A stretch of DNA of 64,000 nt, taken from Camelus dromedarius. Taxonomy: Eukaryota. Position 1 is the first letter of the stretch. Every line of letters begins with the position of its first letter. Shown piece by piece: positions 13,906 to 25,160 of this stretch. The stretch covers positions 78,618,001 to 78,682,000 of the forward strand of contig NC_087437.1 in NCBI RefSeq assembly GCF_036321535.1, written 5' to 3'. The position numbers and the translations under genes were made by a program. The notes under the pieces were generated by a model. The model was not told the DNA's origin, ran no database searches, and saw only the letters and a program-made list of their open reading frames with translations.

Positions 13906-14610
13906 TATAAAACTTACACAAACTCTTGCCATAAACATAAAAAAGAACACTTCCCAATCTATCTTATGAGTACAGGTTAACTTCAAGAGTAAAACTTGAC
14001 AAGGCAATCACAAGAAAGGATAAGCTGTAGGTCATCATTCATGAACATACTTGAAAAACACTTAAAACAAAATTGCAAAGTAAAGTCAGAAATATATTTT
14101 CAGTAGTTATATCTTATTATCAAATTGGTTATAAAAATTAAACAAGGAGAGCAAAATTGGTTTAACATTAAAAATCAGTCATACAATCTACCATAGTGAC
14201 AAAATAAAAGTATAAAGGATGTAACCCATATAGTCATTTCAGTAATTATGAGAAAGTCATTTAATAAAGTTCAACATTTGTTAACAGTTTTTAAAAAACT
14301 CAAGTTTTTTTTTTAAATTGTGGCTTCTCAATATAATAAAAATTATTTAATTTAAAAAATTCACCAAACATCATTAGTTGAGAGTAAAGTTTTAAAACTG
14401 CTTTTTTGGAGATCTAGAAAAAAACAAGAATGATTGCATTTGTTACTTTTATTCAATAATGTACTATATTTTGAGCCAATGAAATAATATTAAGTAAATA
14501 AAGTATAAGCATCAGAAAGGAAGAAATATTATTATACCCATAATTTCATAAAATTCTGCATTTAATATCCAAAAGAAGTACAGTACATTATTAGAATTAG
14601 TAAGTTCTCA
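13906..14610 (+). mobile_element. Old L1 ORF2 remnant (L1ME/L1M5-like, RT region)
   Basis: acacttcccaatctatcttatgag, aaaacttgacaaggc, tcattcatgaacata, aaattggtttaacatt, ttcaataatgtact match decayed ORF2. Confidence 0.7.
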
Positions 14611-14939
14611 ATTTGGGGAGACTCAGAATTATTCCAAGGCTGATTATAAGGTGACTATCAATGGCAATCCAGGCTATCTGCTTTTTCAGTCATTCCCATA
14701 GGAGAAGAAGTTTCATAAGTCTTTCTCAAAAGACTCTAGTAAACTTTCTATTATTAAAGCTTTTCAAACTGTGTAACATAGCTTGCAGGTATACAAAAGA
14801 GGACAAAGCAAAAAATGTACAGCTCAACTGTTTACCTCAAAGTAAACTTCTGTGTAACAAATACTTAGGTCAAGAAATAAAAAAACTTGACCCTTTCAAT
14901 AAATATTTGCCCTCCCTCAAATATTATCGAGATTATCAA

Positions 14940-16090
14940 TGAGCTTTTCTTCAAGTGGGTATACCAATTAATACCTCTATTGAAATAATAAAAGCAATAA
15001 AAATATTAAATAATGATTAACTCAGTTGATAATCACAATATAAAACTTATTATATTTTTATAAAAACTGGTATCTTTTAAAAATGAAAAATGACTGTATT
15101 TCCAAAACAATAAAAAGCTAGTGAGGTAATATAGATTTACGTTTATGTATATATCTTTAACTGCTGGCTGAGTGGAAGATAACAATTTCAATTTGTTCTT
15201 TTGACTGAAACATATGAGGAAAAGCAGGATTCCCACAAATATGTACTTAGAAAAGGAGAAGTATTTTAATTTTTTTTAGATAATAGTGGATATTCTTTTG
15301 TGACACTAAGCCAAATTCAACATGTGGTAATTTCTTCAAAGCAAAATGCAATGTGGAATTTGAAAGCTTATCATTAAGCTTTAGCACTCTCATATTAAAA
15401 TCCATTTATGTAGTTTGCACTTTGAAGGAATATTTTACCCACAAGCAATTTCGAACATCATGGACTGGTCATTTGGAAAATATTGGTTCACTGATTATGT
15501 AGGTCCAAAAGTTATCACTTGTCACTTAAAAATAACAAAAGAAAATTATATCTTTGTTAATGTCACTGCTGATCTAATTAGAAAAGTCTTTAAGAATTGG
15601 GAGGCTGCCAAGCTCATAGTGACAGATACAAGTCTTCCAAAATTTTAATATTCTTTCAAAATCTTAAATTTTATCATTTAATATAAACACTGTCATTTGT
15701 TTTCCTTAAAGTGGTGTGCTCCTTTTGTTCATTTTTAAGAAAATGTCTGCCAAATGCTGAAGTCTAAATAACCACAATTTGACTCCCCTTTTGTTGTAAG
15801 GAATATTTTCTTTAAAAAATGTATTTTTTAAAAGATGTATTTAACTTTGTTTAATCAAATGAATAAATATTACTAGCTTATCTTAAATGAAATTGGCATT
15901 TTATTTTCACTGCAAATGACTACTATTAAAATTTAGCCATTGCCCTGATTTATACAGTCACTTTCACCCATTAATTCTTTTGCACCATCAGTGCAGGTGT
16001 CAGATGTGAAAATGGCAAGAAACACCTAAGTGTTGTTATGAAAATAGTTTTAACCTCCATGATCCACAGACCAGATGTTGTAAAAAACAT
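14940..16090 (-). mobile_element. Charlie1-type hAT DNA transposon (internally deleted)
   Basis: ggtcatttggaaaatattggttcactga, agaaaagtctttaagaattgggaggctgccaagc, tgcaccatcagtgca...tgttatgaaaatagttttaacctc. Transposase remnant is on the minus strand. Confidence 0.8.
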
Positions 16091-17199
16091 TTCACAATGC
16101 AGCCAGAAATAAAGTAAGAAATTTTCCTATTGAGAAACTCCTTATCAGACTTCACGTACGTTTCAATTTGGATATATAATATGTTTCTTAGTGTTCATTC
16201 CATTGATATTTTGTAGTTGGAAAGAAGATGGTCTATAAATTCCTTAACATTTTTAAGGCAATTTAAATCAAATGTTTATTTTTTAGAGAACTGAAGTCTA
16301 GGAATGTCAATCTTTTTATTGGTAAATATTTAACATTTCCAGAGGACAAAGAACAGCAGTGAAGAAATAAAGGAAGAAATATAAATGCTAAAAGTGATAG
16401 TCAACAATTATGCAGTTTATACTACTTACAAAAACCCTGTAAGTGTTAAATAACACATTCTTATAGATTGAAAGCTTATTTTTCATGCATAAATATATAG
16501 TTCTTCAGGAAATAAAGAGTAATATAATTCATTATGAGAATGTGAATATGATACTGATGTTTAGAACCTTTATTTTCCTTTCTTTAATCAAAAGTACTCC
16601 TCCTTTAAAAGCATGTTTTTTGTCATTGAAGTGTTTACAGTGGAACCAGTGTTAAACACAGGTGACCCTATGAAATGGAAAGGCATAAAAGATTGACGTG
16701 TATGTGTTCATTCTAACAGCTTGTTTACTCACAGAGATATAATAGAACAACTGACTATAGAGAGAGGAATTTCACAATTATTGAAAGACCTTGGGGTGGT
16801 CTGAAATACTCATTTGTTAATGAAACGGAGAGTCTCAAGATGGTTGATAGAGATGCTCAAATTAGCAAAATGTCCTTGAGGTCTATTGGAGGAAAGAAAT
16901 GAACTAAGTAAAAGTCTAGTACCCATTGAAACAACTTCCACTCAAAAAAAACAGAGAACAACAACAACAACAACAGTGAAAGAGTTATTTATAATTTATG
17001 AAGCGTTTGCTTTCAATAAGGGAACATCATAGTGGACTGAGAATGGGTCCATGATTAGATTAGCTATAGGAATTTATGTTTGTTACTTTTAATATTCTTT
17101 AGGTGAATCATGTTAAAAGTGGTTAAGTACACGGTAACCTAAGTTATCATTAAAGTAAAATGATTATCGTTGATCACATTATTTCAGCCTAAAACATGG

Positions 17200-19128
17200 T
17201 TAAAATGTAAATACAGTTAATGTGCAATATTATATTGGTTTCAAGTATATACTACATAATGTTTTGACATGTGCATACATTAACGAAAAGACTACCATGA
17301 TAAATCAGGTAACTATCTGTTCGCATACAAAGTTATATTATTGACCATAATCCTCATGCTGTATATTATACTTCCAATTTATTTATTATATAATTTGCAC
17401 CTCTTGATCCCTTACATCTATTTCACCCACCCCCGACCCCCATCCCTCTGGCAACCACCAATTATTCTCTGTATATATGAGTCTTTCTTTAGTTTACTGA
17501 GGTTTTTTGTTTGTTTGTTTTTTGGATTCCACATGTAAGAGAGATCATGTAGTATTTGTCTTTTCCTCTCTGACTTATTTCACTTAGAATAATACCCTCT
17601 GGATCTACCCATGTTATCACAAATGTCAAGATTCTTTTTTTATGGCTGAGTTTTATATATATAGTGTGTATATAATATTTTCTTTATCTATTCATGTGTC
17701 AATGGACACATATTATTTTCATATCTTGTCTATTGTAAATAATGCTGCAATGAACATTAAAGTGCATACATTTTTTTGAGTTAGTGTTTTTGTTCTCTTT
17801 GGGTAAATACCCAGAAGTGAATTTGCTGGATCACATGGTAATTTTATTTTTACTTTTATGAGGAACCTTCATAATGTTTTCCATAGTGGCTGCAACAATT
17901 TACAATTCCACCAAGAGTGTAGGAGGGTTCCCTTTTCTCCACAATCTCTCCAACACTTGTTACTTGTTGTCTTCTATAAGAGCCATTCTGATAGGTGTAA
18001 GGTGGTATCTCATGGTTTTGATTTGCATTTCCCTGATGATTAGCAATGTTGAGCGTCTTTTCATGTGTCTGTTGATCAGCTGTATAACTTCTTCGGATAT
18101 ATGTCTATTCAGGTCTTCTGCCCATTTTATGAATCAGGTTGTTTGTTGTCTTGATGTTGAGTTGTATGAGTTCTTTGTATATTTTGGATATTAACTTCTT
18201 TTGGGTATATCATTTGCGAATATCTCCTCGCACTCAGTAGGCTGCCTTTTCATTTTATTGATAGTTTCCTTTGCTGTGCAGAAGCTTTTAGTTTGATTTA
18301 GTACCATTTGTTTATTTTTGCTTTGTTTCCTTTGCCTGAAGAGACATATCTAAAATATATTGCTAATTCCAGTATCAAAGAGTATGCTCCCTATATTTTC
18401 TTCTAGAAATGTTACAGCTTCAGCTCTTACATTTAAGTTTTTAATCCATCTCAGTTTATTTTTGCTTATGGTGTGAGAAAGTCATTCAGTCTGATTATTT
18501 TGCATGTACTATCTAGTTTTCCCAACACCATTTATTGAAGAGGCTTGTCCCCATTGTATATTCTTGACTTAATTAATCATATAAATTTGGGTTTATTTCT
18601 GGGCTCTCTATTCTGTTCCATTGTTCTAGGTGTCTGTTTTTGTGACAGAATCATATTGTTTTGATTACTATAGCTTTGTATAGGTTGAAATCAAAAAGCA
18701 TTCTACCTCCAGCTTTTTCTTCTCTCTCAAGATTGCTTTGGCTATTTAGAGTCTTTTGTGTTTCCGTACAAATTTTAGAATTATTTGCTCTAATTCTTTG
18801 AAAAAAATCCATTGGTATTTTGATAAGGATTACATTGAATCTGTAGATTATTTTGGGGAGTATGGTCATTTTAACACTATTAATTCTTCTGATCCATGAT
18901 TATGGTATATCTTTTCTATTCGTTTTGTCTTAAATTTCCTTCATCAGCATCATATAATTTTCTGAGTACAAGTCTTTTACCTCTTTGGTTCGATTTATTC
19001 CTAGGTATTTTATTCTTTTTGATGCAACTATAAAAGGAATTGTGTTCTTAATTTTTCTTTCTGATAGTTTGTTGTTAGTGTATAGAAAAGCAACAGATTT
19101 CTGTGTATCAATTTTGTATCCTGCCAAT
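17200..19128 (-). mobile_element. L1 (L1MA9/laurasiatherian-type): ORF2 3' part plus 3'UTR, 5'-truncated
   Basis: ORFs 18930..19127 ([18 protein letters not shown]...[19 protein letters not shown]) and 18651..18869 (ILPKIIYRFN.I.IKIP) are L1 ORF2 motifs; the reading frame is broken. Confidence 0.92.
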
Positions 19129-21559
19129 ATTGTTCTCCAGTTTTCTTTTGTTTTGTTTTTTCTGCCTGTTTTTTTTTCCCCATTTCCTTAAAGGAACATG
19201 AATCTCCATGGAGTAGAAACCACATTATGTTATTCTTTGTTTATCTGTTGTGCTTAGCTATGAGTTGTTTATAAATTCTGATTAACTCTTTCCCATAACA
19301 GGATTCCATTTTATGATTGAATGAAATAAACCAATGTAAAAGAAACCCAGCCATGTCACTTGTATTATATAAATATTTTTGGTCACATAGAAATATAAAA
19401 GTAAAGAATAAAATGACAGAAATTTAATGTAATAAAAGACAAGCTAATACCAATATTAGTTTTCACATTTTTGATTCTGAAACATGCTTCCTGGTTGGAA
19501 TTCACATATAAAACCAAAATTGAACACTGAGTATTTTGAATATCAATTAAATGTTTAATACCTTTATTTCATTTGTTTTCATATGATCTCTTCATGGTGT
19601 CTGCCTTCTGAGCCATACTCCTTTCTGATCATTTCAAGTAAAAAAGAAAATACAATTTTCTTCAAGTAAAAAAAACTCTGCATATATAAAATTAGTAATA
19701 CATCCCACAGGCTTTGGGGTTCCTTTAATGAGCGTGATCCTAGATATTATTTTGCCTCTTCATAATAGTGTTAACTAAAGTAGCCTAGGGAACCACTCCC
19801 TAATTGCCTCTGTACTATGTAGAATGCTATTTCATTTGTTGCACAGTAAACAGTGCCAGACTTATCATAACTATTTGGCAGGGTGCCATACCACAGCTAC
19901 CTAACTTGTTCTTTGTCTTTCTTGCCATTGTAATTTTCTACCTTCCTATATAACAGAATTTTGGGGAGCTTTATGGACTAAAATGAATGTATTTTTTATG
20001 TTCAATGTCTAAGAGCTTCAAAAATACTGCATTTCTTCTGCTGCTCATGATTCATTAAATATGAATAAGCCTAAGAAGACTTCAAACACAAGTAACTGCC
20101 TCAGTATGTGTCAAGATAATGATGTATCAGTAATATAAACTATCCATAATGGACATCGGATATCTGTTATGAACAGAAGTAATTAAATACCAACAGAACC
20201 TATTTTATGTATGTTTATGATACTGGTATGTGAGACTACTATATACAAAAATGTACTGCTGGCTAATTTTAAACTATGTGTAAGGCTCTGAAGGTGTCCC
20301 TCCTCAATTTTAAACATGGAGGGAAATCTTGACTGTTTCTATGCCCTCAGAAAGATTAATCTGTTTTGGTAATTTGAGTATGTTTTTTGTGGAGGGGAGG
20401 CATAATCCAATGAGTTTAAAGATGAAACAACAAGTAATACTGAAGTAGGATCTCCGTTTTCTGCGTAGGCAGTACACTGATCCTAGAATTTCTTATGATA
20501 GATTTTTCAATGAATAAAATTTAAAGTTTTGCCTAAAAAAACTATATAAAATTATTTTGTACCTACAGGGTGGACTTTTGTGTGTTCAAACTGGCAATGG
20601 TGATGGGAGAATAACTGCAATAATTTAGAGAAAAGGATAAATGAGGGTTTCTTTACATATTAATCTTGTTTGTGACTCATGAGAGTACCTCTCAACATAG
20701 CAGCAGGAATGATGAAACTCTGACCTGTTGGTCAGGTGGGCAGGTTCAGAGTAAAACAAGTTTGAAAAAAAAATGTAGAGAGAAAGAAAGATAGATTGCT
20801 ATTAAAAGAATGAGTAGATTAAAAATAAAAGGAAGCAAAAATATTCCAGAAAGTGGAGCTACAGATCAGGGATACTAAGCCATAGATGAAGTGCACAGGA
20901 AAAAAATGGACAAGCAACTAGTCAGAGTACCCAGTACCAAAAGGGTAGAACTGAAACTGAAATAAGAAAAAGAAGCAAGAAGAGCTAAATTCTATTAATA
21001 TCTCCTAATTTCTAGGTGTTATGCTAGAAAGTTTTATGCTATTTTTACATGCAAAAAATTCTATTGAGGTGTACGTTATTATCATTTTAATGATAATTAA
21101 ATTGTGGCTCAGAGACTTCAAATAATTGTTAACAACAATGAAAAAATATCAGGGAAGCTGAGATTCAAAAGCTTTTACTTACCCCATTAAAAAAAAGTCT
21201 AGTTCAAAGAAAGTGAGACAAGTAAGGAAATGTTTCAAAGACCAGGAAGTAAAGGAGAAAAAAACTGGACTAAAGCTATAATAAACATAAACCAGTTCTA
21301 GACAGTTTTGCATAAAGTGAAATGAACAGTTGTATCCTTTGAGCATGTAAGTAATGCAGAATTTATCATAGTGACTTGAAACCATGCTAGAGAGGTTACT
21401 TTCTTAAATACTTTATCTAAAAAGGGTTTTGATTTATAACTCTTCTTTGGTTGCTCTGAAAGTTGCTTTAAAGATCCCAAGCAGATCCCAAGCAGAAAAG
21501 AGTTGGCTTAAAGAATATTAAGGAAATAAACATCTTAAATTTAAAATATTACCAGTGCT

Positions 21560-21935
21560 ACTTTAAATCCTTCTATTCCACTTCCCACGCACCTCCCTGT
21601 CCCCAGGTTAAATTCTCTCATTCTTCCCCAGAAGTAACTGCTATTCTGAGTTCTTTGCTTATCATTTTCTTGCTTTATTTGATATGTATACTATATTTAT
21701 ATATATTATCATTCTGGGACAACATAGTGTTTAATTTTTTTTCGTGTTTCTGAATCTTGTATACATTGGGTTATATTCCATGTATTCTGCAGTTGGTTTA
21801 TGTTGTTTAATATATGGTTGAGATACATTCTTATTGATACATGGCTGTATTTCATTTTTTTATCTGCTTTCAGGAAGTCAACAGTATATAAATACCAAAT
21901 TTAACCATTCTTTTTGTTGTTGTTGTTGATCATAG
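21560..21935 (-). mobile_element. Old L1 3' fragment (L1ME-like)
   Basis: ccccagaagtaactgctattctgagtt, tgagatacattcttattgata, ttaaccattct..tgttgat. Confidence 0.55.
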
Positions 21936-22074
21936 ATTTATTAGAAGAAATATATTATTGTTCAGATCTTCAACATCCTTCTCATTTTATCTGACTAATC
22001 CATTTCTAAGAAAAATATGTTATCTCTTCCTATGATTGTCCATTTGTAAGTTTTTCCTGGTAATTCTATTTTTC

Positions 22075-22229
22075 TTTTCTTTTTTTTTTTAACACCTTTA
22101 TTGTGGTATGGTTCCTGTACAGCAAACTACACATATTTCAAATGTACAATTTGATGAATTTTGATAGATGTATACACCACTGAAACCACTACCACAATCA
22201 AGACAGATAACATTTCCATCAATCCCAAA
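22075..22229 (-). mobile_element. L1 extreme 3' end with poly(A) (L1MC/MD-like)
   Basis: T-run followed by aacacctttattgtggtatg...tgtacaatttgatgaattttga...ccacaatcaagacagataacatttccatc. Confidence 0.75.
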
Positions 22230-22237
22230 GAGGAGCA

Positions 22238-22582
22238 ATATTCAAATTCCCAATTTATCCTTTCCCAGCCCCTTTACCCCCAGTAACCATAAGTTTGTTC
22301 TCTGTGTCTGTGAGTCTTTCTGTTTTGTAGACAAGTTAGTTGCGTCCTTTTTTTTTTAGGTTCTACATATAAGTGATATCATATGGCATTTTTCTTTCTC
22401 TTTCTGGCTTACTTCACTTGGAATCACAATTTCCAGGTCCATCCATGTTGCTGCAAATGGCATTATTTTATTCTTTATTATGGCTGAGTAGTATTCCTTT
22501 GTGTGTGTGTGTGTGTGTGTGTATACCACATCTTCTTTATCCATAACCATCTCCTTTTTATGGAAACAGGTTGTTTCCATTC
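22238..22582 (-). mobile_element. Cetartiodactyl-type L1 3' fragment with internal (GT)n
   Basis: ORF 22356..22580 has EYYSAIIKNKIMPFAATWMDLE; the 3'UTR matches the + strand copy at 31157-32472. Confidence 0.88.
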
Positions 22583-23315
22583 TTCTTGTTGTAGTTATTA
22601 TTTGGTTTAGTTTTGTGTTTTTTTAATAGCTCCTATAGTTTTTTAGTTAGTTTGTTTTTGTAGTTATTATTACTAACAGTAGAGTCATGATTATTTATAT
22701 AGATACCATTGTAAGAGTTTAAAAAAATTGTATATAATATATATATTATGGCCTTCCTCAGCATTAATAGGTTATGCTGAATTATTCTCCAACATAGTTG
22801 AACCACATTATATTCCACAAGTAGTGTTGTTACTTTTTCATCTTCTGTATCTTGCATTTCTTTATCTAATATGGTATGTACACACAGAAAAACTTGTGTT
22901 CCATTTTACAGTAGGTGTTTTAAAAGTCTCCTTTTGAGATTAGACAAGGGTTTGAATTAGTCTTCTTTCATTTACTCAGATATGCTATACAGTTTATATG
23001 TATATTATATATATTTATCATGGATATTAGAGAGACCACTAGTGGATTTGAATATTATTTTAGAATCAGGAAGTTCTGAGAGCCCTTTTTATGATGAGGG
23101 TTTCAAATATAAACTTTGGTATATCGTTTGAATTTAAACTATTTCATGTTAAGATTCCTGAAAACAAATATCTTCAAACTTGATGTGTTTCACATTTGCA
23201 GGCTAGTACCTTCTTAAATATTTCAGTAATGATATCACCCAACTTCTTATAATATTTGGGTTGGTTTGGAGAGAAGCGGTGAAAGTGTTAAAATGTGGGG
23301 AAAGTCTTTACTAAT

Positions 23316-23791
23316 AGTATTGCTTTACTATTGTGATTGTAACAAATTACCAAAAATTTAGTGGCTTAAAAATTTTACTGTCTCAGAGCTCTGGAAGTTT
23401 GAAGTACAAAATGAGTCATACAGGGTGATCATTAGAGTGTCCATAGGCCTACTTCCCTGTAAGGCTCTGAGGAAAGAATCCCTTTCCTTGCCTTTTTCAG
23501 GTTTTAGATAGTTTTCATTCCTTGGGTCAAGAAGGTCCTTCCCATTCACCACTACAATTTCTTGTTTCTAATGTTATTTCTCCTTCTTCCTCCTTTGATC
23601 TTCTTGCCTCTTTCTTTTATAAGGATGACTGTGATTATATTTAGGGCCCATCATCCTGATTCAGGATGAACTTTCCCCCACTCAAAATCCTTAAGTTACT
23701 TACATTTACAAATCCCTTTTACCATATAAATTAACATTAACAGAGGATAGAACATGAATATCTCTTGAGATACCATTATTCAGCCTATCAA
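23316..23791 (-). mobile_element. MaLR solo LTR (MLT1C/D-like)
   Basis: gtaacaaattaccaaaaatttagtggcttaaaa, aggctctgaggaaagaatcc, cttttataagga, tcaaaatccttaa, ccattattcagcctatca. Confidence 0.8.
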
Positions 23792-24379
23792 ACCTTTTTT
23801 GTTTTGTTTTGTAATATCTGCTTCTTTGTGTCTTCCTACTGAGGTGACCTTAGGATAAAGTTTGAGGTTAGTACAGGCTGATCTGATATCTTCATAATCT
23901 GATCCTGGTGAACCCAAAGGAGTCATAATTACTGGATAGAGGGGAAGTCTGTGGTACCTGTGAGGTGATTGCTTATTTGTTAATTCATATGCAAACTCAA
24001 AAAATGTGGGTAATAGGCATACTTTATATCATCTGCTGGGGGTAAACCATACTGAGGGTAAGATATTGAACAAGAAGTGGAAATAGAAAATCCTGTAAAT
24101 GCAAGGGAAGGTTCTTAGAACAATTCTTCCGACCTCTGCTTAATGTTTGTCTTCTATATAGTGATATATGAAAATTAGGTTAGCATAGGTATCAGGGACA
24201 ATAGGTACAAAAACTTTACCTCAGATTCATCACAGAATATTTATTTACCAGAAGGGACCTTAAGCCCTTAATAGCCACTTTTTTCAAATTTTCTCTTCAT
24301 GTCAGCTTGAACATGTCTACTGAGAGGATGCTAATATTTCACTAAGTAAATGTTTCCAGCATATGAAAAAAATAGACCT

Positions 24380-24455
24380 TCATTTAATAGAGGTTTGAAC
24401 CTAGGACCTCATGCATGCTAAGCATGCACTCCACCACTTGAGCTATACCCTCCCC
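24380..24455 (-). mobile_element. tRNA-Ala(AGC)-derived SINE, camelid vic-1 type, 3'-truncated
   Basis: Minus strand reads GGGGAGGGTATAGCTCAAGTGGTGGAGTGCATGCTTAGCATGCATGAGGTCCTAGGTTCAAACCTCTATTAAA. It has Pol III A and B boxes and a GCATG-CTTAGCA-TGC anticodon arm, but no 3' acceptor-stem strand. Confidence 0.85.
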
Positions 24456-25160
24456 AACCAAAATAAAAAATTTTAAGCAGTCAGGAAAAATATATACAAT
24501 GCATTCAGAAGAAAAAAAAAATAAGCATAATGGCTTCCCTCATGTCAGATACAATGCAGTCAGAAGACAAGGTAAATTGTCATTATTTTCTCATAGCACA
24601 TTTTTAAAGTGCTAAGAGAAAATAAAACAAACTAGTTTACTATACCCAGCATCTTCTTGAAATTGAAGGTGAAATAAAGACATTTCAAGCAAACATAAGC
24701 TTAGAAAATTTATTGTACTACAAAAATACAAAAGAAATTTCATATTTTGAAAGGCAATAATCTCAGATGGAAGCCTGGGTCTGTAAAAAGGAAGACCAAT
24801 GGAAACAGTAAATATGTGGATATATACAAATTACTATTAAAATACTATTGAATGCTTAAGGGAAATTTAATAGCAATGTATAGTGTGAGTTATAAAATAT
24901 GCCCAATAGCACATAGAGTTATAAAGGAATAAATGGAATTAATCAGTTGTAAAGTCTTAATTAGCAAACTGATGAAATATTTACTAATGCTGACTATGAT
25001 AAATTCTAATCCCCAAATTCTAAAAAAGTAATTCAAAGAGGTATAGCTTAAAAATCCAATACAAGAGATAATGTAGAACAACAACAACAACAAAAAACTT
25101 GATTATCTCAAAAAAGGCAAGAAGAAGGAATAAAAGAATAGCTAAGACAGATAAAAAATA
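24456..25160 (+). mobile_element. Old L1 ORF1 C-terminal part and inter-ORF remnant
   Basis: aaaattttaagcagtcaggaaaaa (EKILKAAREK-like), tttaaagtgctaagagaaa, tatacccagc, tgaaggtgaaataaagacattt. Confidence 0.7.

Noticed and set aside
21910..21960. Tiny polyadenylated insertion (minus-strand AATAAA plus AAC-rich tail)
   Set aside because: Explained by slippage within the L1ME motif ccattct..tgttgat.
24380..24455. Functional tRNA-Ala gene
   Set aside because: No 3' acceptor-stem strand and no T-run terminator; the GGGGAGGG head fits a SINE.
24449..24475. Twin-priming inversion of the SINE (cctcccc plus A-rich tail on the + strand)
   Set aside because: The A-rich stretch runs straight into L1 ORF1 sequence (KDKEKILKAAREK-like), which explains it more simply.
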